Shown here one piece after another: positions 45,543-55,846 of a stretch of 64,000 nucleotides of DNA. Each line of letters begins with the position of its first letter. Position 1 is the stretch's first letter. Origin of the DNA: Bacteroidales bacterium (GTDB taxonomy: Bacteria > Bacteroidota > Bacteroidia > Bacteroidales > GWA2-32-17); assembly GCA_026417155.1 (NCBI GenBank), contig JAOADU010000033.1, positions 871 to 64,870 of the forward strand, read 5' to 3'. Both the position numbers and the translations under genes were made by a program. Under the pieces are notes generated by a model, which did no database searches, was not told the DNA's origin, and worked only from the letters and a program-made list of their open reading frames with translations.

Positions 45543-47822
45543 ATGAAAAATAATTTTTTGCTTCTACTGTATTTATGCATAAATTCTTTCATTATTTATA
45601 GTCAAGATTTTAATAAACTTCGTAAACTTTCATCTTGCCCAAACGATAGTTGCTTTATCGATTACTTAAATAAAGTTAGCGAAGATACCATAAAACACAA
45701 CCCTGACTATGCTTATCAGATAGCCTTAAAAGCTTCGGCTATTGCACGAAAAATCAATTATAAGCAAGGCTTATTGCATGCTATATATAATATTGCGTAT
45801 TATCACATGTATCAATATAATTCAAATGAAGCTATTGAAATAGGAAATATAGCCTTAGAATTAGCTAAAATATTAAAAGATACTACATACTTAGCTAAAA
45901 CATATAATGTTCTGGGTATTTCCTATAGCGACGCAGGAAAACTAAAAGAATCCACTGATTTATACAAAAAAGCTTTACATTATGCATCATTGAATAACAA
46001 TAAGAAAACTGAAGCCAAAGCTTGTATCAACATGGGTGTTAGCTATTATTATCTATCAGATTACAATCAATCAACATACTACTATCTTCGTGGATTAAAA
46101 ATTATAGAATCATTTCATGATACTGCCCATATTATTTCTACGTTGAATAATTTAGCTTCTGTTTATTCTGCTAATAAATCGAGCAAAGAAGCACTTAAAA
46201 TAGTTCATAAGGCGCTAAACTTAGCCCTACAATATAAAGACCCAATGTATATTGCCGACTGCCACAATAATTTATTTGCCGAATATTTTCGTTTAGACAG
46301 TTTAGATAAAGCTCTTTATTATTTAAATAAAGCATCTGAATATTTTAAACAACAAAACGACTTAAAAAATCTGACTATTGCATATAATAATTATTCCACT
46401 ATTTATACAAAAAAACAAAACTACGAAAAAGCACTCGAATATTCAATCAAAGCATTAAATCTTATCCGTCAGCTAGGGTTAACCTCCGAAGAACCCAACT
46501 TTCTTTACACCTTAGCAAATACTTATTTTCAAATAAAAAACTACCATAAAGCAATAGACTACGGCAACGAATGTTTAAAACTTTCCAAACTAATCAACAA
46601 GCCCGATTTGATTTTAAAAGCAAAAGGAATATTAGCTCAATCGTACTTTCAGCTCAAACAATATGAAAATTCTGCAAAAATATACGAACAATACATCGTA
46701 TTAAAAGATAGCATTTACAAAGCAGATTTTGAAAAAAACATTGCCGAAATGGCCACCAAATATGAGGTTGAAAAGAAAGAAAACGAACTTATAAAGAAAA
46801 ATCTTACTATTGAAAAACAAGAAAAAGAAAACAAAATACAACGACTTTTAAACAACCTGTTTTTACTGGGGATATTTTCACTCTTTGTTATAAGTGCTTT
46901 AATTTTTAGAAGTTATAAACAAAAGAAAAAAGCAAACGCTATCATTGTATCCAAAAACAAACAATTAGAATTAGCAAACGAAGAAATAAGCAATCAGAAA
47001 AAAGAAATAGAATCGCAAAGAGACACCGTAATAAAACAAAAAAATCACATCGAAGCGATACATAAAGATTTAACCGATAGTATCAACTACGCCGAACGAA
47101 TACAAAGGTGCTTACTTGCATCGCAAAAATACTTCTACGATTTTTCGCAAGAATTTTTTATTTTGTACAATCCTAAAGATATCATTAGTGGCGACTTTTA
47201 TTGGGTTAGTAAAAATAATTATGGCGATTACATATTCGTAACAGCCGATTGTACTGGTCACGGTGTTCCCGGGGCTATTATGAGCATTCTGATTATCAAA
47301 ACGTTAGAACAAGCTATCGATAAAGGCTACAATACACCTGCCGATATACTTAATTATACCCGACAAGTAATTATTTCGCATCTGCAAAACGATGGATCTG
47401 CCGAAGGCGGAAAAGATGGTATGGATGCATCCATTATTTGCTTCTCAAAAAATAACAATGTTATTAGCTATGCTGCAGCACATAATCCTATTTGGATATA
47501 CAGAAATAATCAAATTATAGAATTAGAATGCGATAGAATGCCTGTCGGAAAACATGAAAAAGAAAACATTCCTTTTATGGAACGAACATTTGAAATACTT
47601 CCCTCAGATATTATCTATACATTTACCGACGGCTATGCCGATCAATTTGGCGGTCCTAAAGGAAAAAAATTTACATACAAACAACTAAAAGAAACCATTA
47701 TTGCACATGCACACTTACCACTTATTGAACAAAAAAATTGTTTTCAAAACATATTTAACAACTGGAAAATTCATGAAGAACAAATTGATGATGTTACTTT
47801 AATAGGAATAAAAATTACATAA
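45543..47822 (+). CDS. TPR-repeat membrane sensor SpoIIE/PP2C phosphatase
   Basis: Signal peptide; about 9 TPR units; TM helix LFLLGIFSLFVISALIF; coiled coil; SpoIIE domain (DCTGHGVPGAIMS, TDGYADQFGG, IDDVTLIGI). Confidence 0.88.
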   Translation: MKNNFLLLLYLCINSFIIYSQDFNKLRKLSSCPNDSCFIDYLNKVSEDTIKHNPDYAYQIALKASAIARKINYKQGLLHAIYNIAYYHMYQYNSNEAIEIGNIALELAKILKDTTYLAKTYNVLGISYSDAGKLKESTDLYKKALHYASLNNNKKTEAKACINMGVSYYYLSDYNQSTYYYLRGLKIIESFHDTAHIISTLNNLASVYSANKSSKEALKIVHKALNLALQYKDPMYIADCHNNLFAEYFRLDSLDKALYYLNKASEYFKQQNDLKNLTIAYNNYSTIYTKKQNYEKALEYSIKALNLIRQLGLTSEEPNFLYTLANTYFQIKNYHKAIDYGNECLKLSKLINKPDLILKAKGILAQSYFQLKQYENSAKIYEQYIVLKDSIYKADFEKNIAEMATKYEVEKKENELIKKNLTIEKQEKENKIQRLLNNLFLLGIFSLFVISALIFRSYKQKKKANAIIVSKNKQLELANEEISNQKKEIESQRDTVIKQKNHIEAIHKDLTDSINYAERIQRCLLASQKYFYDFSQEFFILYNPKDIISGDFYWVSKNNYGDYIFVTADCTGHGVPGAIMSILIIKTLEQAIDKGYNTPADILNYTRQVIISHLQNDGSAEGGKDGMDASIICFSKNNNVISYAAAHNPIWIYRNNQIIELECDRMPVGKHEKENIPFMERTFEILPSDIIYTFTDGYADQFGGPKGKKFTYKQLKETIIAHAHLPLIEQKNCFQNIFNNWKIHEEQIDDVTLIGIKIT

Positions 47823-47870
47823 TCATTCATTCATTTTTTTTTCTTAACTTAGCCATCAAAAAATTGCTAT

Positions 47871-48128
47871 ATGGAAGAACTAATTGTATTAGGAATTTAC
47901 ATTAAAGAACGTTCCAAAAATGCATTAGCAGTTCAAAGTTTATTAACAAAATATGGGTGTTCCATCAAAACTCGCATTGGACTGCACGAAGTTTCGGGCG
48001 AATATTGCAGTAATGCAGGTTTAATTTTACTCGAACTTACCGGCGACCCCGCAGAAATGGACCGCTTAGAAAACGAACTTCAAAAAATAGAAGATGTTGA
48101 TGTACAAAAAATGATTTTTAAAAAATAA
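47871..48128 (+). CDS. Second TM1266-family ACT-fold protein
   Basis: 85 aa, same length as and colinear with 2469-2726. Lies 48 nt after the SpoIIE gene and 5 nt before rubrerythrin. Confidence 0.78.
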   Translation: MEELIVLGIYIKERSKNALAVQSLLTKYGCSIKTRIGLHEVSGEYCSNAGLILLELTGDPAEMDRLENELQKIEDVDVQKMIFKK

Positions 48129-48133
48129 ATGAT

Positions 48134-48706
48134 ATGAGTATCAAAGGAACAGAAACGGAAAAAAATCTCTTAAAAGCTTTTGCTGGCGAATCTCAAGCTA
48201 AAAACAGATATGAGTTTTTTGCCAAAGTTGCACGACAAGAAGGCTACGAACAGATAGCAGCTATTTTCGAACTAACTGCTATGCAAGAAAAAGAGCATGC
48301 AAAACGCTTTTTTAAATTTTTAGAAGGCGGAATGGTAGAAATTACTGCTTCGTATCCTGCAGGCAAAATAGGCAACACGCTCGAAAATCTCGAAGCAGCA
48401 GCTATGGGCGAACACGAGGAATGGAGCGATCTTTATCCCCATTTTGCCGAAATTGCTATGAAAGAAGGCTTTAAAGATGTTGCCACTGCTTTTAAAATGA
48501 TTGCCAAAGTTGAAGAAGAACACGAAAAACGTTATCGCAAATTATATCAAAACATTATTGAACAAAAAGTTTTTCAACGAGAAGAAAAAGTAAAATGGGT
48601 TTGCCGCAATTGTGGCTACGTACACGAAAGCACGAAAGCTCTCGAAACTTGTCCTGCTTGCTTACATCCTAAAGCTTATTTCGAACTTTACGCCGAAAAT
48701 TATTAG
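48134..48706 (+). CDS. rbr: Rubrerythrin
   Basis: Di-iron four-helix bundle (E..E..H pairs: EKEHAKRF, EEEHEKRY) plus a C-terminal rubredoxin-like CRNCGY...CPAC. Confidence 0.95.
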   Translation: MSIKGTETEKNLLKAFAGESQAKNRYEFFAKVARQEGYEQIAAIFELTAMQEKEHAKRFFKFLEGGMVEITASYPAGKIGNTLENLEAAAMGEHEEWSDLYPHFAEIAMKEGFKDVATAFKMIAKVEEEHEKRYRKLYQNIIEQKVFQREEKVKWVCRNCGYVHESTKALETCPACLHPKAYFELYAENY

Positions 48707-48707
48707 T

Positions 48708-49259
48708 ATGTCGTGGCATACACGAGTTTTAAAGAGCCTTGGATGGACCATCGAAGGCTCTTTTCCTTCATATAAAAAAATGGTAATTATTGCCGCTCCT
48801 CACACTAGTGTTTGGGATTTTGTAAACGGATGGTTGGCATTGCGACATTTCGGACTAAAACCTAAATTTATTATCAAGCATGAGTTTTTCTTTTTCCCTA
48901 TCGGTATATTACTACGTAAACTTGGCGGAATTCCTATAAAACGAGGCAATATCCATAATAACTTAGTTGAACAAATGGTTGAATACTTCAACCAAAATGA
49001 AAATTTTTATTTAGTCATCACCCCCGAAGGTACACGAAAAAAAACTAAGCACTGGAAAAAGGGCTTCTATCTGATTGCACAGAAAGCCAATGTCCCCATC
49101 ATCGTTACAAAACTCGACTATGGAAAAAAAATACTAGGGCCTATTAAAGAAATTTCACCCAATTTACCATATAATGAAGTTTTGAAAGAAATCGCACATT
49201 GTTACAAAGATGTAACTGGAAAAAAAGCAAATCAATTTGAACTGCCAAAATATGAATGA
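48708..49259 (+). CDS. PlsC-like 1-acyl-sn-glycerol-3-phosphate acyltransferase family protein
   Basis: HX4D motif (PHTSVWD) and PEGTR motif. ATG 48708 is preferred over the track start 48612, which overlaps rbr. Confidence 0.8.
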   Translation: MSWHTRVLKSLGWTIEGSFPSYKKMVIIAAPHTSVWDFVNGWLALRHFGLKPKFIIKHEFFFFPIGILLRKLGGIPIKRGNIHNNLVEQMVEYFNQNENFYLVITPEGTRKKTKHWKKGFYLIAQKANVPIIVTKLDYGKKILGPIKEISPNLPYNEVLKEIAHCYKDVTGKKANQFELPKYE

Positions 49260-50031
49260 GCTTACCGTTTCTGCTGTTCAAATGAATATAGCATGGGAAA
49301 ATTACAACGATAATTTTAACAAAGTTGTAACACTTATTAAAAACCTTGCTCAACACACAAATATTATTATACTTCCCGAAATGTTTCTTACCGGCTTCTC
49401 GATGAATAGTAAAATAGCCATTCGGCAACATCATCCATACTTACAAGAAATTATGCTTCTTGCTAATCAATACAATGTATCTGTTTGTGGAAGTTTGATG
49501 ATTGAAGAAAACGAAAAATTATATAACCGATTTGTTTACTTTCAACCTGCAAACCAATTATTTATTTACAATAAACGCCATTTGTTTCGTATGGCAAATG
49601 AACACCATACATATACCATTGGAAATAAAAAAACAATCATACAAGAAAAAGGCTTCCATATCAGCCCATTTATCTGTTACGACTTGCGATTTCCTGTTTG
49701 GATGCGAAATGTAAAAAATGAATACGACGTATGTATTGTAGTAGCCAATTGGCCTCACGCACGAATTGATGCTTGGCATACATTACTTAAAGCAAGAGCC
49801 ATTGAAAATCAATGTTTTGTAATAGGTGTAAATAGAATAGGTACCGATGGTAATAATGTATTCTATTCTGGTGGAACAGTTATCTATGATTTTAAAGGTA
49901 CAATTATTGCGAAAGCTCAAGATAATAACGAAGATATTATTAACGCAACCATTTATTTACAAGACTTGAAAGAATATCGGCATTCATTCCCCGCTTATCT
50001 TGATGCCGACCAATTTACTATAATACACTAA
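49252..50031 (+). CDS. yafV: Nitrilase-superfamily omega-amidase (YafV-like)
   Basis: LPEMF, NKRHLFRMANEH, catalytic CYDLRFPVW, VANWPHAR, ARAIENQ; colinear with E. coli YafV. Confidence 0.85.
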   Translation: MNELTVSAVQMNIAWENYNDNFNKVVTLIKNLAQHTNIIILPEMFLTGFSMNSKIAIRQHHPYLQEIMLLANQYNVSVCGSLMIEENEKLYNRFVYFQPANQLFIYNKRHLFRMANEHHTYTIGNKKTIIQEKGFHISPFICYDLRFPVWMRNVKNEYDVCIVVANWPHARIDAWHTLLKARAIENQCFVIGVNRIGTDGNNVFYSGGTVIYDFKGTIIAKAQDNNEDIINATIYLQDLKEYRHSFPAYLDADQFTIIH

Positions 50032-50034
50032 TCA

Positions 50035-50526
50035 ATGGCATTGATAGGTATTTTATCCGATACGCACTGCTACATTGGCGATTTTGTATTTCAATATTTC
50101 AACGATTGCGACGAAATTTGGCATGCCGGAGATATTGGCAATATAGACACGTACGATACTCTCAAAAATTTCAAAACATTACGAGCAGTTTTTGGAAACA
50201 TTGACGGATTCCCTTTAACTAAAATATTACCAGTTACTAATATCTTCGAATTTTCCAATCTTAAAGTAATGATTAAGCACATAGTCGGTTATCCAGGAAA
50301 ATATGACAAAAGTGTAAAAAGTTTATTGACTCAACAAAAATTCGACATTGTAATTGGCGGACATTCGCATATTCTTCGAATTATGTACGATAAAAACTAC
50401 CATTTTCTGTATATTAATCCCGGTGCTGCAGGACTATACGGTATTCATCATAAAATTACACTTGTAAAACTTGAAATCATTAACGGAAAAATAAAGGATG
50501 CTTATATTTGGGAAAAACCAAAATAA
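50035..50526 (+). CDS. YfcE/MJ0936-family metallophosphoesterase
   Basis: SDTH, HAGD, GNID, GGHSH motifs; 163 aa. Confidence 0.85.
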   Translation: MALIGILSDTHCYIGDFVFQYFNDCDEIWHAGDIGNIDTYDTLKNFKTLRAVFGNIDGFPLTKILPVTNIFEFSNLKVMIKHIVGYPGKYDKSVKSLLTQQKFDIVIGGHSHILRIMYDKNYHFLYINPGAAGLYGIHHKITLVKLEIINGKIKDAYIWEKPK

Positions 50527-50579
50527 AATTTTCATGAAGTATTTTTTTTGCAGTAACTTAGCAAAATATTTCAATTGAT

Positions 50580-52976
50580 ATGTGGAACTTAATCGCTTCT
50601 ATTATCTTACGCAAAAAGTCGTATGTAATTGCTATTGTAGCCGTTCTCACTGCCATCATGCTTTACTTTGCCCGAAATGTACAAATGTCGTACGAATTAG
50701 CACAAATGCTTCCTAAAAGTGATACTACCTTCAAAGAATATTTATACTTTAAAGAATTATTCGGCGAAGATGGAAGTGTGATGATGGTTGGAGTTACCGA
50801 TTCCAATTTTTTCACTCTGGAACACTTTACTGCATGGTACGATTTAAATCAAAATATTAAAAAAATTCATGGTGTAGAAGAAGTAGCTTCACCAGTTAGA
50901 ATTTTAAATCTCACAAAAAACGAAACCACCAAAAAATTTTCTTTTGAAAAAGTTGTAAAACAAAGACCTTCGACCCAAAAAGAAGTAGATAGCATACGAC
51001 AAATATTAAACAATTTAGCTTTTTATAAAAATCTATTATATAACCCCGATAAGCATTTTTATGCCATGGCTATTACAATTGATAAGAAACGACTTAGCGA
51101 TAAAAGCCGTGTGCAATTACTCGATTCTATCGAATGTAAAATTAATGAATACACATCTGCTGTCAACTTACCTGTACATATTTCAGGATTGCCATACATA
51201 AGAACACAAACTACCGAAAAAGTTAAAAGCGAACTTTATCTTTTTATTGTTTTGTCTATTATTGTTTCTGTTGTTGTTCTGATTGGTTTGTTTCGTTCGT
51301 TTCGTGCCGTATTTGCTTCATTACTTGTAGTTGGTATCAGTGTTATATTCACACTTGGGCTAATGGGCATCTTCAAATTTAAAATTTCCATATTAACTGG
51401 TATTGTTCCATCATTGCTTATAATTATTGGCATCGAAAACTGCATTTTCCTGCTAAACCGATACTTAAGCGAATATTCTACACATCAAAATAAAGTAAAG
51501 GCACTCTCCCGAATTATTCAACGAATAGGAACTGCCACATTTTTAACAAATCTTACTACAGCTGTTGGTTTTGCTACATTCATACTCTCTCCTACTTCCA
51601 TTTTAAAAGAATTTGGTATCATTGCTTCCATCAATATTCTCATAGAATTTTTGCTTTCCTTAACACTTATTCCTATCATTCTGAGTTTCCTGCCTGTACC
51701 CAAAGAGCGACACATCAAACACCTACAAAGCAAAAAAAGTATGTTTATTCTTTCATTCATCGAAAATATAATTATTCATCACAAAAAATTTGTTATTGTC
51801 GGATTTATACTGCTCATTATAATGGGCATTTGGGGAATGACACGTATGGAAACTTCTGGTAAAATGGTGGACGATCTTAAAGAAACAGACCCCATCTTCC
51901 AAGACCTGAAATACTTTGAACAAAACATTGGCGGCATCATGCCATTTGAAATTATTGTAAATACACAAAAACGCAATGGTGTCATGCAATTAAAAAATAT
52001 TGAAAAAATTGATAAACTGCAACAACACATACTTTCACAATATTCATACTTCTCAAAACCTATATCCGTTGTAGAATTAGTTAAATTTGCCAAGCAAGCA
52101 TATTACAATGGTAATACAGAAAAATACTCTTTACCTAAGAAAGAAGAAGCTAGCTTTATTCTATCTTATTTGCCCGGAAAAAATGATGTAAACGATACTA
52201 TCGCGAAAAAAAGTCCACTTCATGCTTTCCTCGATTCTTCCAAACAAATCACTCGCATAAGTTTTCAAATGGCCGATATTGGACTAAAAGAAATGAACAA
52301 ACTTAAATCACAAATAAACCCAGTAATTGACTCTATTTTTCCAAAAGATAAATATAAAGTAATAGTTACAGGCAATAGCGTGGTGTACACAAAAGGCACA
52401 GAATATCTAATTTATAATTTATTACAAAGTGTAATTCTGGCCATCATTGTGATTAGTTTTATTATGGGCATGTTATTCACCTCATTTCGGATGATCCTAA
52501 TTGCCATTTTCCCCAATTTAATCCCACTGCTTGTTGTAGCAGGTTTAATGGGCTTTTTCCACATCAATGTCAAACCATCAACCATTATTGTATTCAGTAT
52601 TGCTCTCGGTATTGCTGTAGATAATGCCATCCATTTTTTAACACGTTATCGTTTCGAATTACGACACAGCAATTACAACGTGCAAACTGCAGTAATTAAT
52701 GCTCTGCATGGAAATGGCATAAGCATGCTATCCTCATTACTTGTGCTGGTTTTAGGATTTGGAATTTTTGTGTTTTCCGATTTTGGCGGAACTCAGGCAA
52801 TGGGAATATTGGTTACTCTAACCCTTATTTTTTCCTTATTAAGCAACATCATTCTCATGCCTATGCTTATCTATTCTTTTGCCAAATCATTATCCCAAAA
52901 ATCTATAGATAAACCCATGCTCGAAATTTTTGACGAACCAAGCGAAGAAACAACAGACGAAAAAATTACTGTATGA
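50580..52976 (+). CDS. MMPL/RND-superfamily transporter (two 6-TM sterol-sensing-like halves)
   Basis: 798 aa with a duplicated TM bundle and large loops, as in HpnN/MMPL-type lipid exporters. Confidence 0.8.
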   Translation: MWNLIASIILRKKSYVIAIVAVLTAIMLYFARNVQMSYELAQMLPKSDTTFKEYLYFKELFGEDGSVMMVGVTDSNFFTLEHFTAWYDLNQNIKKIHGVEEVASPVRILNLTKNETTKKFSFEKVVKQRPSTQKEVDSIRQILNNLAFYKNLLYNPDKHFYAMAITIDKKRLSDKSRVQLLDSIECKINEYTSAVNLPVHISGLPYIRTQTTEKVKSELYLFIVLSIIVSVVVLIGLFRSFRAVFASLLVVGISVIFTLGLMGIFKFKISILTGIVPSLLIIIGIENCIFLLNRYLSEYSTHQNKVKALSRIIQRIGTATFLTNLTTAVGFATFILSPTSILKEFGIIASINILIEFLLSLTLIPIILSFLPVPKERHIKHLQSKKSMFILSFIENIIIHHKKFVIVGFILLIIMGIWGMTRMETSGKMVDDLKETDPIFQDLKYFEQNIGGIMPFEIIVNTQKRNGVMQLKNIEKIDKLQQHILSQYSYFSKPISVVELVKFAKQAYYNGNTEKYSLPKKEEASFILSYLPGKNDVNDTIAKKSPLHAFLDSSKQITRISFQMADIGLKEMNKLKSQINPVIDSIFPKDKYKVIVTGNSVVYTKGTEYLIYNLLQSVILAIIVISFIMGMLFTSFRMILIAIFPNLIPLLVVAGLMGFFHINVKPSTIIVFSIALGIAVDNAIHFLTRYRFELRHSNYNVQTAVINALHGNGISMLSSLLVLVLGFGIFVFSDFGGTQAMGILVTLTLIFSLLSNIILMPMLIYSFAKSLSQKSIDKPMLEIFDEPSEETTDEKITV

Positions 52977-53929
52977 ATATTTTAATAACAGGTGGTGCCG
53001 GATTTATTGGTAGCCGCTTATGCGAAAAATTATTAGAATTACAAAATACTCACATTGTTGCCGTTGATAATTTATCTACCGGACATCCACAAAAATTGCC
53101 CTTAGCCCATCCCCAATTACACTTTATTAGAGCCGATGTCAACAATCGCTCCGAAATAGCCGAAATAATGATGTCATGGCGTTTCGATTACGTTTTTCAT
53201 TATGCTGCTGTTGTTGGAGTTAAGCGTACTCTCGAAAACCCTTTGTTGGTTCTTAAAGATATTGAAGGTATCAAAAACATTCTTGAATTAAGCAAAAACA
53301 CAGGTGTAAAAAGAGTTTTTTATAGTTCCTCTTCAGAAATTTATGGCGAACCCGTTGAATACCCTCAAAATGAAGAAACTACACCACTCAACTCAAGACT
53401 ACCTTATGCAATTGTAAAGAATGTTGCCGAAGCATTTTTACGTTCCTATCACAAAGAATACAATTTAAACTATACCATCTTCCGGTTCTTTAATACTTAT
53501 GGACCTAAACAAAGTCAACATTTTGTTATTTCACGTTTTATTAAACAAGCTCTAACTAATAACGACATAACTATATACGGCGACGGACTACAAACACGTA
53601 CATTTTGCTACATCGACGATAATGTTGATGCATGCATCGAAGCATTTATTCAAAATAAATTCATTAACGACGTAGTAAACATTGGTAACGATAAAGAAAT
53701 CAGTATTATCAATCTTGCGCAGCTAATAATACAAATTACGGGTTCAAAATCAAAAATAATCCATTTACCACCTCTCAAGGAAGGCGATATGCGAGGAAGA
53801 AGACCCGATATCACAAAAATGAAACAACTTCTTCATCGTCCTTTCATTACACTCGAGGAAGGAATTAAAAAAATATTAATCGAAGGATTATTTGAACTTA
53901 AATACCTTACAGATAATGAAAACCATTGA
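52973..53929 (+). CDS. NAD-dependent epimerase/dehydratase (UDP-glucuronate decarboxylase-like SDR)
   Basis: GGAGFIGS, SSSEIYG and the YAIVK catalytic YxxxK. 4-nt overlap (ATGA) with the transporter gene. Confidence 0.85.
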   Translation: MNILITGGAGFIGSRLCEKLLELQNTHIVAVDNLSTGHPQKLPLAHPQLHFIRADVNNRSEIAEIMMSWRFDYVFHYAAVVGVKRTLENPLLVLKDIEGIKNILELSKNTGVKRVFYSSSSEIYGEPVEYPQNEETTPLNSRLPYAIVKNVAEAFLRSYHKEYNLNYTIFRFFNTYGPKQSQHFVISRFIKQALTNNDITIYGDGLQTRTFCYIDDNVDACIEAFIQNKFINDVVNIGNDKEISIINLAQLIIQITGSKSKIIHLPPLKEGDMRGRRPDITKMKQLLHRPFITLEEGIKKILIEGLFELKYLTDNENH

Positions 53930-54890
53930 ACAACTACAACAAACAATTAATTCCGAAATTGCCACTATTTCATACCCAAGCACTCCTGCTGAATTATATC
54001 AACCTATACAATATATTTTAGAAGGTAATGGCAAAAGATTGAGACCTTTATTATTGCTTTTAGCACATCAATTATACAACGAAGATATTAGTCCTGCTAT
54101 TAAACCTGCATTGGGCATCGAAATTTTCCACAATTTTACATTGATTCACGACGATATTATGGATAAATCGCCCATGCGGAGAAATAAACCTACTGTGCAT
54201 TTAAAATGGAACGAAAATATTGCTCTATTATCGGGCGATGCTATGATGATATTATCATTTCAATTTTTCCTCGATTTGCCTAAGCACATACAAAATAAAG
54301 TGTTAGAATTATTCACTAAAACAGCATTAGAAGTTTGTGAAGGACAACAATACGATATGAATTATGAACAAAAACCCTATATTAGTCTTGACGAATATTT
54401 ACAAATGATACGGTTAAAAACAGCTGTCCTCATTGCATGTTCTTTAAGTATGGGTGCTATAATTGCCAATGCTCCTAAAACGGAAATTCAACATCTTTAT
54501 GACGCAGGCATTAACTTAGGGCTGGCTTTTCAATTACAAGATGATTTGCTCGATGTTTACGGAGATCCGGCAATTTTTGGCAAAAACATCGGTAACGACA
54601 TAATTACTAAGAAAAAAACCTTTCTTTACGTTTCGGCATATCAATTTTCTGATATAGAATATAAACAAAAGCTCGATTATTTTTTTGATCATAACAACAT
54701 TGATGCACAAACAAAAATAAATGAGATAAAACAAATATATTCTCATTTAAAACTCGAAACATATACGCAACAACAAATACAAAAATATATTCAATCAAGT
54801 ATTAATCACATTCAACAATTAAACGCACAATCAAAAGCCAAGGAATTGTTATTAAATTTTATTTCACAACTTTTGCATCGCCTAAAATAA
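53916..54890 (+). CDS. Polyprenyl diphosphate synthase
   Basis: First and second Asp-rich motifs (LIHDDIMD, FQLQDDLLD). ATG 53916 is preferred over TTG 53892. Confidence 0.88.
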   Translation: MKTIEQLQQTINSEIATISYPSTPAELYQPIQYILEGNGKRLRPLLLLLAHQLYNEDISPAIKPALGIEIFHNFTLIHDDIMDKSPMRRNKPTVHLKWNENIALLSGDAMMILSFQFFLDLPKHIQNKVLELFTKTALEVCEGQQYDMNYEQKPYISLDEYLQMIRLKTAVLIACSLSMGAIIANAPKTEIQHLYDAGINLGLAFQLQDDLLDVYGDPAIFGKNIGNDIITKKKTFLYVSAYQFSDIEYKQKLDYFFDHNNIDAQTKINEIKQIYSHLKLETYTQQQIQKYIQSSINHIQQLNAQSKAKELLLNFISQLLHRLK

Positions 54891-54904
54891 AAATTTAAAA
54901 ATTC

Positions 54905-54916
54905 TGACAATTGTCA
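54905..54916. promoter_or_regulatory. Perfect palindrome TGACAATTGTCA (TGAC-N4-GTCA), a candidate CRP/FNR-family (HcpR-type) site
   Basis: Centred about 41-42 nt upstream of the start site implied by the -7 box at 54940-54947. Confidence 0.45.
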
Positions 54917-54939
54917 TTGTTTTCTGTTTTGTATATTTT

Positions 54940-54947
54940 TATATTTG
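54940..54947 (+). promoter_or_regulatory. -7 promoter box TATATTTG for the ferredoxin-like gene and hcp
   Basis: Matches TAnnTTTG, 28 nt upstream of ATG 54976. Confidence 0.5.
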
Positions 54948-54975
54948 CGTATTAAAATACTTAATTACTTGTTAT

Positions 54976-55821
54976 ATGAAAAGAAAAATCATCACGATAA
55001 ACGAAAATTTATGTACTGGTTGTGGTATTTGTGCCGATGCTTGCGCCGAAGGTGCTATTCAGATTATTGATGGTAAAGCTCGATTAATTAGCGAAATTCT
55101 TTGTGACGGATTAGGTGCATGTATAGGCTCATGCCCCGAAGGAGCAATAACCATTGAAGAAAAAGAAACTGAACCATACGACGAAATAAAAGTTATAAGA
55201 CTTTTAATCGAAAAAGGTGAAAATACAGTAAAAGCTCACTTAAAACATTTAAAAGAACACCAACAATCCGAATGGCTTAAACAAGCTGTAAGCTACCTTC
55301 TTTCACACAAACACGAAATAGCTTTTGATATAGAAAAAATAATTCACGAAATACATCATTATCATTCGTCAAATCATAGTGGCTGCCCGGGTTCTAAAGC
55401 CATGCAATTCAATAAAGATAATTTTGTTACAGAAAGCGAATCTGCATTAACACATTGGCCTATCCAAATGCACTTAATTAGCCCTCATGCACCATATTTT
55501 CAAAATGCTGATATTGTACTTGCTGCCGATTGTGTAGCTTATGCACTCGGATCGTTTCATGCAAAATATCTTAAAAACAAAAGACTTATTATTGCCTGTC
55601 CAAAATTGGATCAGCAACAAGAAATTTATCTCGAAAAACTTATCGCACTAATAAACGAAGCTCATATTAATACATTAACGGTTATGATTATGGAAGTCCC
55701 CTGCTGCAGAGGATTATTATCATTAGCACAAGAAGCTGTAAAAAATGCTACAAATATAATCCCTATAAAACTTGTTGTAGTAGGCATTCAAGGACATATA
55801 TTAAAAGAACAATGGATATAA
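54976..55821 (+). CDS. Ferredoxin-like 2x[4Fe-4S] protein with a Cys-rich C-terminal domain (FrdX-like Hcp partner)
   Basis: [16 protein letters not shown] and [16 protein letters not shown]. The C-terminal domain has [20 protein letters not shown]. Lies directly upstream of hcp. Confidence 0.8.
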   Translation: MKRKIITINENLCTGCGICADACAEGAIQIIDGKARLISEILCDGLGACIGSCPEGAITIEEKETEPYDEIKVIRLLIEKGENTVKAHLKHLKEHQQSEWLKQAVSYLLSHKHEIAFDIEKIIHEIHHYHSSNHSGCPGSKAMQFNKDNFVTESESALTHWPIQMHLISPHAPYFQNADIVLAADCVAYALGSFHAKYLKNKRLIIACPKLDQQQEIYLEKLIALINEAHINTLTVMIMEVPCCRGLLSLAQEAVKNATNIIPIKLVVVGIQGHILKEQWI

Positions 55822-55846
55822 ATTATTAACTAAAAATTTTACAACT

